From: Nemertoderma westbladi
Lineage: Eukaryota > Animalia > Xenacoelomorpha
Assembly (NCBI GenBank): GCA_032718475.1
Contig: JAUCBJ010009111.1
Location: forward strand, 1 to 36,314
Direction: 5' to 3'
Length of the DNA stretch: 36,314 nucleotides
Part shown: piece by piece, positions 1 to 9,360 of the stretch
How the letters are laid out: every line of letters begins with the position of its first letter
Numbering within the stretch: position 1 is the stretch's first letter
The notes under the pieces: generated by a model
The model's input: the letters and a program-made list of their open reading frames with translations, nothing else
The model's database searches: none
Told to the model about the DNA's origin: nothing
Made by a program: the position numbers and the translations under genes

Positions 1-1
1 A

Positions 2-908
2 CCATCAGAGACTGATGAGTATATAACAGTAGATAATATATCAGACAATTCAAATGAAACTGAAATGGATCCTACTTACTCATACAGCATAAAGGAAAAG
101 AAAGGTGAATCCCTACAAGGAAGTCAGGTACCAACAAACATAAGAAAAGACTCTGTAATAATCACAAACCCATCAGTGAAATGTCCCTCTACTCTAGAAC
201 AAGTCCTCAAAAACAATGAGACCTGGCAAGAACCAAAAAGATCTGCCAAACCAACCTTCAAATCAAAGATCCAGATGCAGCACAACATTAAGACTGAAAA
301 CAAATATAGTGAACTAGATAATGATACCAAAATTACCATACTTCCACAACAACTGACTGATTTCTTGGTGAATCTAAATAATGTTTCCATAGAAACTGTC
401 AATCTAAGAAAATCACAAGGTAGTAGCAAGAATGAACACAACAACTTTAAGCAACATCAAACGAGATACAAACAAGAAACCCAACGAAGCACCCCTTCCA
501 ACAAACGGAAGCAGTAGAAGCAGCACAGATATGAAGCGGAATAATAAAGGGTTTGATCTACACTACAAAACCTCTAGGGATTCATACTGGCACAATAACA
601 ATCAAGCCAACTATAATGGTAATCAATATAAATCTATCCTGCAAGATAATAATAGGCATACGGAGTATGTGAGGAACTCTTGGAGACATGCCCCAGAATC
701 ATCTCGACACCAAAGTCAAACATACCAGCAGTATCAGAAGAACAGAGTGAGTAGACATGATTATCCACATCAACACTTCCCAAACCCTCATCTAAGAGAC
801 CAATCTGAACATACCTCGTACCCCAGTAATGACCAATGTGACATAACCTATGACAACAGGTATTACAACCGATCCAACAGAAGTCATATGGCTAGGAATC
901 GTTTTTAA
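2..908 (+). other. Two overlapping low-complexity ORFs (2-517, open from window edge; 432-908), possibly the frameshifted C-terminal part of a non-LTR retrotransposon ORF1-like protein
   Basis: The frame of ORF 65-517 is open back to base 2. A-rich strand, N/Q/H/R/Y-rich tail and an NKYSEL motif reminiscent of LINE ORF1 NRFxxL. AGTAAA-(TTA)n tail-like tract near 1439-1456. No recognisable domain. Confidence 0.3.
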
Positions 909-1697
909 GCTGGTTCCGAGTATCACAACTGGAGACCTAAATTTCTAAAATGCTGGAAATACGAGTAATATTTTGCAGAGAAGTGAAATCAGTCTTACTC
1001 AGTTTTTAAGACTTGCATTTTAATTTTCACTTTTTTTACTCAAAATAGATAGATAGACAATTTGTTGTCAAAGAATAGTTAAGGAATGTCTCGCAAAGTT
1101 TATTCATGGGATTTTTCAGTGAATCTAATTTCGCAATAAAAAAATGTCAAATTAATAGTGCTAAAACCCAGCATCACTCTGTAGAACCAATATATTATAA
1201 AAAATGTAATATACTATATTAACACTGACACATTGACTTACCTATACATAGTTGCAACACTACAGTGTATACATGAGACATTGTTTCATAATGTTACATA
1301 TCGAATAACACTATTACTGCTATATCTAGCACATACTCACAACAATCAATACCCTACATCTAAACATTAATTATCATTCCATCTTATATTCAAACGTAAT
1401 TAACCTGTCAATATTGTACTGATAATGTATGTAGAACAAGTAAATTATTATTATTAGTTAGATGTATTTCGTATTAATTAATATGCATTTTATGCTATCG
1501 AAATCATTAGAATAATTGGATCTCGTTGGTAACATATGCTATAGTATAGAATTCAATGAACAATAATTTATAATTGATACTACCACAAGCTATTTGTAAA
1601 CATCTGCGACCAGTTATGATGAATAAATCGATATTGAATAATTATTACTTGGCATTCAACAGCTATAACTCGGATATTTATCGCCTTTTTCTCTCGA

Positions 1698-1771
1698 GGT
1701 TGGGTGGAAGAGTGGGTGACGAGTTGTGAGGAGTTATAACAGTCCCGAGTTCGAACCCGGTTGAATATTTT
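1698..1771 (+). other. tRNA-derived Pol III promoter-like cassette (not a functional tRNA)
   Basis: A-box-like TGGAAGAGTGG (1705-1715), B-box GAGTTCGAACC (1747-1757), T4 run at about 1768-1771; no cloverleaf. Confidence 0.45.
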
Positions 1772-1810
1772 GTTATCTGAAAAATTGCGAAATTAAATTT
1801 AGTTACTGGT

Positions 1811-2059
1811 GAAAAATAGTAGAAGTTACCTGTAGACTCCTCTAGCGTCTGTAAAATAAAGGTTGGTAAATATGAAAATACTGGTTGCTGAAAAATAGCG
1901 ATTTGAAAAATAGTAGACGTTACCTGTAGACACTCGTAGCACCTGTAAAATAAAGGTTGGTAAATATGAAAATACTGGTTGCTGAAAAATTGCGATTTGA
2001 AAAATAGTAGAAGTTACCTGATGCTAAGTGTAGACACTCGAACACCTGTAAAATAAAGG
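1811..2059. repeat. 94-bp tandem repeat, about 2.6 copies
   Basis: GAAAAATAGTAGA recurs at 1811, 1905 and 1999 with near-identical intervening sequence. Confidence 0.9.
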
Positions 2060-2266
2060 CTTATGATTGGATGCAGTACTAGAGTTGGGTGACTAATAAC
2101 GCCTCTAGCGGAATAAGCGGGAACTTGAGAAGTTACCATGGTTACGGATGAAATGCTGACATCTGATTGGTTGAAATAATAACGACCACCACAAAAGGTT
2201 GAAATGGTGGCTTCTGATTGGCTGCAGTACCAGAAATGGATGGTAATGATGGGCTACGGGTGACCA

Positions 2267-4948
2267 TTATCCAGTGTCATAGCATTGTATACTACTTCCC
2301 TTACAGAGTTCCTCTATTACTGACCTGGCCATGCTAACGGTACCTCCGTATATCGAAGTTAAATGATCGTACGCTAGTTCGAAAGCGTCCGGTACACCAA
2401 CGAAAGTCTCCGCCAAACGTTTAGGTTCTCCTGACAACGTTTGGAGCAGGTAATTGAACTTCTCCCGTGATGTAAAGGCGCACACGGCGATCTGGGATTC
2501 GATATAGTCTACGAAGGTATGCCAGTGTTTTGAGCTACCGGAGAACTTCGGTGGTTGTTGTACCGGCAATCCTTGTCTGGCTGCGAATTTTGCTATCTCC
2601 TCAGCAACGTTCAGAGTTTCGCGTCCTTGGTTGGTAACCTGGTTGATGTTCTCCCTTCTTGGCGCTTTTCTCTGATACGATGTGGGGTTTGAAGGTACCG
2701 GTCTTTGTGGTCCCTTCGGGTGTCTATTGTGTTCGAATTCGGAATTTCTCGAACTGTCGGTTTGAACTTCCTCCAGACGCTCCTCGATCTGAGCCAACTT
2801 ATTGACAACTGGTCGCAGAATGTCGGCGAACTGTTGTGTACTAATTGCGTTCGTTGGTTGTAACGCCTTCTGTGTTGGTGTATTCTGTGGAGGATTGTCT
2901 GCAAAGGAGTTGTCTGAACGCTCGCGTTTATATTCATCGGCCGCCCCTGTTCTAAATACCTCGCGTTTCGGGTAATCCGACTCGCTCGAAGTACTACTGT
3001 CACCTGGATACGGTGGTCGACGTGCTCGCGTTCGTTGCGTCGTACGAATCCTAACATTCTGTTTTGGAACATCGTCTACTGGTTTCCGTTGTTCGGTAGG
3101 CTCACAAGTCTTCCTCGAAGTCGTAGATTGCGATGTAAACTGAACCGGTGGTCGGACGACCGCGTTTGAATCCAAAGGCCTTGTAGGCCGAAATGTCATT
3201 GGGTATTCGTAGTGCGTAACGGGTTTAGGTGTCAAAGGTGGACTCACCTGTTTTGTCGTCAGTAGTGCAGGTCCGACTAATAAACTACTACGATCTGTAA
3301 TCGGTGGGTTACTTACCTTGACTTTCGGAATAGGCGATGATGTTGCTCTTGGCGGTGTAAACTTGTCCGGAATAACAAACCTGTGTTCCGTCACACCATG
3401 GATAGGAGAGATATCGATGCTACCAGCAATCGAAACAGGTTCTTTAGTCGTAACCGGTGCAAACATATGAGTTACCTGTGGGAATCGTTGACACACGTCT
3501 TTTACTAATTGTCGTTCCCGTCCGGGTGCTCCTATCGAACCTTCCTTTAGTCGTTCCTGGATTTGGCGGTGCCTTACCTCTAGCTGGTCCAAGTCATGTC
3601 TGTCACGAGATCTCATCGATCGATCACGGGCTAGAAGATCCAGATTTTCCTTGGTTTCGGCTAATTCTCTCGCCCTTTTCTCAAGTTCGAAACGAAGTTT
3701 AACTTCCTTTTCTCGTTGTTCCGTTTGTTGTTGTTGCGCCTCGAACTCTGCTTGTCGTATCGCTTGTTGGGCTTTTATTTGCCGTGTCTTCATCTCGACT
3801 CTGGCTTCCGAAACTAACCTTTTTCTTTCTAACTCTGCCGCTTCCGTTTGTCGCTCTAACTCGGCCGCTGCCGCTGCCGCTGCCGTTTGTCGCTCTAATT
3901 CGGCCGCTGCCGTTCGTTGCGCTAACTCGGCCGCTGCCGCTTGTTGGGCAATGTCCAACTCTAACCTTTCCATTTCGGCCGCTTCAAGTTCGGCTTGTTC
4001 CTGCAGATGAGAGATTCTCGCTACATTCGCAACACGTATTTTCTCTTCCTCTACTGCTGTTTGTATCATTAGAAGTTGAGCTTGTTCTTCCATCTCGTGT
4101 TGCTGTCTGTAGAACTGTTGCTGTTGTCGAGCAACTTCTGACGTGACCATACTTCCCTCGCAGATTTCGCTACGAATACTTACCAATGATTGATTCAATA
4201 TTTCCGGTGCCGATTCGATTTGTGCGAATGGAGTTTCCCTCGTGTATTCCGGCACGGTTTCCAAATCTCCGACGTCCTCGCCACACACGCGTAAGTGATC
4301 TGTCAGGTGTTTCAATTGTCCATCCAGTCGGTACAGTTCCTGTTCTTCCTCGGGCTGTAATAATTCGTCTGAAACTGACTCACCTAACAACTGGTCCGCT
4401 TGTTCCTGTTGTATCTGTCTAATCGTCGATTTAAACTGAATCAGTTTCTCTCTAGTGATCATTAGTTTCTCGAGGATTCTAAGTTGAGTATCCATGTCCT
4501 GTCTCTGTCTAGCTAGATCTTGTAGGCCAACTAGATTATCTACGGACTTATATACTTTACTCTGTACTCTAACCTGGAGGGTGTAGAACTCGAATCGAGA
4601 CATCGGAGCGGTCAACCCGTCTAATATGCGTTGGCCTTCTCCAATGCTCCTGGTTATATGCGCCATGTATCCACCGACGCTTCTAACCACACTTTCTGTG
4701 CTTCCTGCTGAACTTACCATTTCCGTTTCCCTATATCTAGGTTGCGGAACAGTTAGAAAGTCCTCGGTCCTGCCGTCGCCTCGTACTACGGCATCCGGTA
4801 CTCCCGTTGGATGTACTGGTGACGCACACGGTGTAGGTTCGGTAGGCTCGCGAGTCTTCCCCTGTTGTTCTTCCGCTGCTGACTTATCTCCGTCACACGA
4901 GTCATAGTCGGTTTGTGTATTCTTCGTATAGTCTTGTTTGTCACTCAT
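2267..4948 (-). CDS. gag: BEL/Pao LTR-retrotransposon Gag-like protein, C-terminally truncated
   Basis: 893-aa ORF with E/Q/A-rich coiled coil and P/S/T-rich linker, then PPKFSGSSKHWHTF...EKFNYLLQTLSGEPKRL...AYDHLTSIYG, the pattern of the DUF1759 domain of BEL/Pao Gag. It stops before the zinc knuckles, protease and RT. Confidence 0.85.
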   Translation of the reverse strand: MSDKQDYTKNTQTDYDSCDGDKSAAEEQQGKTREPTEPTPCASPVHPTGVPDAVVRGDGRTEDFLTVPQPRYRETEMVSSAGSTESVVRSVGGYMAHITRSIGEGQRILDGLTAPMSRFEFYTLQVRVQSKVYKSVDNLVGLQDLARQRQDMDTQLRILEKLMITREKLIQFKSTIRQIQQEQADQLLGESVSDELLQPEEEQELYRLDGQLKHLTDHLRVCGEDVGDLETVPEYTRETPFAQIESAPEILNQSLVSIRSEICEGSMVTSEVARQQQQFYRQQHEMEEQAQLLMIQTAVEEEKIRVANVARISHLQEQAELEAAEMERLELDIAQQAAAAELAQRTAAAELERQTAAAAAAAELERQTEAAELERKRLVSEARVEMKTRQIKAQQAIRQAEFEAQQQQTEQREKEVKLRFELEKRARELAETKENLDLLARDRSMRSRDRHDLDQLEVRHRQIQERLKEGSIGAPGRERQLVKDVCQRFPQVTHMFAPVTTKEPVSIAGSIDISPIHGVTEHRFVIPDKFTPPRATSSPIPKVKVSNPPITDRSSLLVGPALLTTKQVSPPLTPKPVTHYEYPMTFRPTRPLDSNAVVRPPVQFTSQSTTSRKTCEPTEQRKPVDDVPKQNVRIRTTQRTRARRPPYPGDSSTSSESDYPKREVFRTGAADEYKRERSDNSFADNPPQNTPTQKALQPTNAISTQQFADILRPVVNKLAQIEERLEEVQTDSSRNSEFEHNRHPKGPQRPVPSNPTSYQRKAPRRENINQVTNQGRETLNVAEEIAKFAARQGLPVQQPPKFSGSSKHWHTFVDYIESQIAVCAFTSREKFNYLLQTLSGEPKRLAETFVGVPDAFELAYDHLTSIYGGTVSMARSVIEELCKGSSIQCYDTG

Positions 4949-5032
4949 TTCGGTAGTTGTAAGTCAAGTAAAGTGAGTGTCAAAGTATCGAGTTTACCGT
5001 ATTTATCTAAACGGTACTAATTACAGTCTTAT

Positions 5033-5162
5033 AAAATTAGCCTACCGGCCGATTTTATAGCAGATGGATAAAATTAGCCTAAACGGCCAATTTTACAGCA
5101 AATAAATGTCACGGAATAAGTATATAATAAAATTAGCCTAGCGGCCAATTTTATAACAAATA
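5033..5162. repeat. Three imperfect copies of AAAATTAGCCTA..GGCCAATTTTA in the gag leader
   Basis: Copies at about 5033, 5070 and 5129. Confidence 0.75.
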
Positions 5163-7069
5163 AATCGGATAACGATATGCGTTATCAAAAGGTAAATTAA
5201 ATACAATAATACGGACTAATTCAGCAATGAACAAAGAAATCATACGGAATGCATAAATACTTGAGACAGTGGAACCCACAATAATTTTAACTAATACGGT
5301 AATGCCTAACTTATTTATGCAACTTTTCGAACTCACCCACTCCAATAATTCTCCAGAAAAACAGATTCCCAGATACAAACCGAACGTGAACCTTTCCGTT
5401 TTTAACGTTGCGGACGAAACGCGATTTTCCCAACCAAAGTTGTTGAGTTATCTATCTCCCAAACTTGCTAAACACGGTCTTGCTCCCGTTACAGCCTAGA
5501 AATGAGTTCTGAATCCTGAAAAAACAAAAGAGTTAGGTTTTACTTTACGAAAATTTTGTACCGGTACAATATGGTATTTAAACCCTTTTAAACACTGGTA
5601 TTCAATTCCAAAAATATTACACGCGGTTCAAATCAAATTTTATTTCAAAATATTAGCACTTAGCTAATCAAATACAAATTTTACCTCAAAATACAAATTT
5701 TTCAAAAAACTTTAGTCCTACCGAACCGTAGTTCAGTAAAACATATTCCTACTATTGGAAGAGATACGCCTATTCCTACTATGCGAAAAGACGGTAACAA
5801 TACCTGCAATATCCTACTGTAAAGTTTGTAAATCAAATCATAAATCCGACCTTCTCACCAAAACAGTAAACTCTAAGTAAGCGAATATATTGCAGTATTG
5901 ATCTCTTATAACCGGTGAGGCAGAAAACAGTCTACGAGCAGACAAACTTCGATAAAACAAATCCCGCGCAGCGAATCCTAAAATCAGGCTGACTCACTGA
6001 CGGACCAAGGGGCTCGTATACTTTGCCGCGGTGTGATTTATATGGTTGGGCGAAGAGACGCTAGCTAGGTACAGAGGCAGATATTTGGAGATGTCTAACT
6101 AGCGGGCAAAGCACAGTAAGGACGAAAGTTAATTTTATATATTTTGAGGTGTAAATAATTTCTAACGCGCGTGTGTTAATTCTGAACGGTCAAACAGTTT
6201 TGCTCCTTCACATATATAATTACTGGGTATGGTGTGCATTTTACGAATATTCTAATTTTATAACTTGTAGGTCCAATACTCACGAATGATAAGGTTCCTT
6301 CCCCTCTTGCGTATTTCCAGGACTCGAATTCAGGCATAAGGTTAATACTACGCCCAGAATTCGGCAATTTTAGGTACCAGGTCCCTGATACTAAGAAGAG
6401 ATGTGTTAGTTTACTACTGTAGGCGTACGGGTACTAATAGCTATCCTGGCTCCTATCTAGAATTTTAGTCACCCAGGTAGTCCGGGTAACTTCCTATTAG
6501 GGCGTTGGCGGGGACACGGTAGATGTTAGTATATCCCTGATAGCCTCAATTTATTTTGCGCCTAGCGTAAACTGCCCTACCGCCTGAACGGTACAATCCC
6601 AATTCAGGTGAAAACACAGCAACCCCCTAGCCTACAAGTTCTGATGTAATGGACACTGTCGTACTGCAAATAGTCGCACACACACCTGTACTTAGCAAGA
6701 GTTAAGCGTACAGTTTGCTGCACCCTAACCAATGTGTATGCCTTGTACCGGTATGCCTACGTCCTATCTGCGTACTAGTATCTGCTCTCTCTCCCCCCCG
6801 TAGGAATATGAAGGTCTACTGTGGGTTTTTCCTGAATCAAGACAGTACAGTCCCTATGATGTAATTTTGGGCTTACAGCGTGTCACTACGTCTACCTTTT
6901 GATCTTTTGGTCTTACACTTAGGTAGCAAGGATCGAACGCTGTCTAACCTTTCAGGCGATGGGCGAATAACTCTAAATGGTATTGCGGGTTGTCTCTCGT
7001 CTACATTCCCGTGATGTTCCCGTTCATTGCTGCGGCCCGATCTCTAGCCGGCCATCCTGTCCCTGAGTT

Positions 7070-7670
7070 TGTTCACCGTAATGAAACCATAGTAAAACAG
7101 ATAGAAAAGGGCTGAGATGTGACTAGTATTTCTGACTTTTATTACAAAAGATATAATAACTATTATACAATAAACAATGTAATCTGAAATAAGACAGAAA
7201 GTGAATGATGGATAGATTGATATAATTAGTGAACTAATGAACGAAATCGCACCTTTATATACCAAATTTGTGCTGCAATCAATCGAGAAAATTCTCGATT
7301 GTTCTATGGGTTCTAACAAGGTTTTAAAGATAGCTATTGGTCCAGCTAATATATAACTTACACAACATTGGTTACAATCAAATAACTACGGTCTCATTGG
7401 TACAGACAAATGCAATTAATTTGTAGCGGTTAATTTAAATGAGTTGAAATTCTGCACAAAAAATAATTCGCACTTATTAGGATTCGAACTCGATACCTAC
7501 TACACATATAATTTCCAACGCTCTACCGACTGAGCTACTGAACCACTTGACCGATGGGTGCACAATAGATAGAACTATTACTAATGAGAACTCAAAGCAA
7601 TCTTTACAAATTTAATTCGAATAAAATAAAATTTTGAAAATCCACGGCATTTAGGGAATATAATTCTATA
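7070..7670 (-). repeat. Putative 5' LTR (5' edge uncertain: 7318 or 7670)
   Basis: The minus strand reads CCAAT boxes (7330-7400), TATATAAA (7261-7254), AATAAA (7143-7138) and ends ...GTGAACA at 7070. TGTTAGAAC at 7318 would give TGTT...AACA termini. No second LTR is present to confirm. Confidence 0.5.
7458..7544 (-). other. tRNA-derived Pol III promoter-like cassette
   Basis: Minus strand GGTTCAGTAGCTCAGTCGGTAGAGCG (A box/D arm), GAGTTCGAATCC (B box, 7491-7480), then T6 at 7463-7458. Acceptor and anticodon stems do not pair. Confidence 0.65.
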
Positions 7671-7708
7671 GACAGCAGAGGAAATAGTTTAAGACTTACG
7701 GGTAACAT
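7671..7708 (-). pseudogene. Truncated paralogous copy of FReD gene exon 1 (MLPVSLKLFPLL...)
   Basis: Identical to 22925-22962, with ATG at 7708 and TATA at 7800-7793. Homology stops at 7671 before the splice donor. Confidence 0.75.
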
Positions 7709-7965
7709 TTTTACAGTATTTGTAATTAACTTTGTAACTAAAGTTATGATAATTTTCTGATAGAGAATGGTTTTAAGGCCTAAAACTCCTCCTATTTATA
7801 CACTTTTGACAAAGGCAATTATTACTTATGCAATGAATAAAGTCTCATAAAGGCAATCAAAGGCGGCAAGTATTAAGACCTTTATAGAACAATTATTAGT
7901 AACTACCCTAGTATAGATACCATTGTGTGTTAGTTATCACTTTAAATTACATTCTTATACAGAAA

Positions 7966-8797
7966 GACTGCTGCCGCCTGGCTACCAGTTGCAGTTACAG
8001 ACAATTACCAGTTAAAGGCAGACTGCTGGCGCCTGGCTACCAGTTACAGGCAGACTGCTGTCGCCTGGCTACCAAATACAGACAAACTGCTGGCGCCTGG
8101 CTACCAGATACAGACAGACTGCTGGCGCCTGGCTACCAGTTACAGACAGACTGTGGCCGTCAGGATACCAGTTACAGGCAGACTCTGCTAGCGTCTGGCT
8201 ACCAGATACAGACAAACTGCTGGCACCTGGCTACCAGTTACAGACAGACTGCGGGCGTCTGGATACCAGTTACAGTCAGACTGCTAGCGCCTGGCTACCA
8301 GTTACAGACAGACTGTGGCCGTCAGGATACCAGTTACAGGCAGATTCTGCTAGCGTCTGGCTACCAGTTACAGGCAGACTGCTGGCGCCTGGCTATGTCT
8401 ACCAGTTACAGACAGACGGACTGCGGGTATCTGAATACCAGATACAGGCAGACTGCTAGCGCCTGCCTACCAGATACAGTGATACAGACAGACTGCTGGC
8501 GCCTGGCTACCAGTTACAGACAGACTGTGGCCGTCAGGATACCAGTTACAGGCAGATTCTGCTAGCGTCTGGCTACCAGTTACAGGCAGACTGCTGGCGC
8601 CTGGCTATGTCTACCAGTTACAGACAGACGGACTGCGGGTATCTGAATACCAGATACAGGCAGACTGCTAGCGCCTGCCTACCAGATACAGTGATACAGA
8701 CAGACTGCTGGCGCCTGGCTACCAGTTACAGACAGAATGCGGGCGTCTCGATACCAGTTACAGGCAGACTGCTAGCGCTTGGCTACCACTTACATAC
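7966..8797. repeat. About 32-bp minisatellite (GACTGCTGGCGCCTGGCTACCAGTTACAGACA)
   Basis: Direct inspection; explains ORFs 7927-8565 and 8607-8882. Confidence 0.92.
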
Positions 8798-8894
8798 AGG
8801 TACTGTACGTTGCAGCGCAGTGGTTACATTGCGTTTCGGCAACTATGTATCACGTTTGGCAAGAGTCGTAATTCGGAAATAAAGTTACGTTTCG

Positions 8895-9220
8895 GTAAAA
8901 CAGCAGAGCACATTACACCAGTGTTGCGTGATCTTCATTGGCTGCCTATTCTGCGCCGTATTGATAATAAATTTGCACTTTTGACATATACAGTAAGTGT
9001 GCCTTAATACAGTAATATGGGTCAGGCCTATCTTACTGATCTCTTGCATCCACACTATCAACCACGCCCACTGCGCTCCAATGACCAGGGTCTCCCCATC
9101 ACCCCACGATTTAACCTAGAGAGCTACTGTAATCGATATTTCGCTGTAGCTGCGCCCAATATTTGGAATTCTCTTCCACTCGGAGTCCGCCTTACGCCCA
9201 CTGTTGCGAGTTCTAAGTTT
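8895..9220 (+). mobile_element. L2/CR1-group LINE, degenerate 3' end of ORF2
   Basis: EHITPVLRDLHWLPI..RI..K..LLTY / YLTDLL..Y.PRPLRS / R.F.VAAP.IWNSLP are characteristic of the L2-clade ORF2 C-terminus; frameshifted. Confidence 0.85.
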
Positions 9221-9360
9221 ACATGTACTGTACAAAATTCAATATAATTATTGGGGTCACAATATTTCATGACCTCTCCTACTTTTTTATACTCTATCCA
9301 ACTGTATCGAGGTCACAACTTTTACTTTAACACTTTTTTTTTATTTGACTTTTATTATTT

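Larger units (their letters stand above)
2267..7670 (-). mobile_element. Truncated BEL/Pao LTR retrotransposon (putative 5' LTR + about 2.1-kb leader + partial gag; pol and 3' LTR absent)
   Basis: gag ORF, CpG-richer composition than the flanks, LTR-like segment upstream, and a right boundary coinciding with the break in FReD exon 1 homology at 7670/7671. Confidence 0.7.

Noticed and set aside
2611-4907. Short ORFs overlapping gag on either strand
   Set aside because: Shadow frames of the gag ORF with no recognisable motifs.
7458-7544. Functional tRNA gene
   Set aside because: Only the D-arm/A box and B box are retained; acceptor, anticodon and T stems do not pair.
7927-8882. ORFs of 212 and 91 aa (and 24438-25441)
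   Set aside because: Translations of the 32-bp minisatellite, not conserved in frame between copies.
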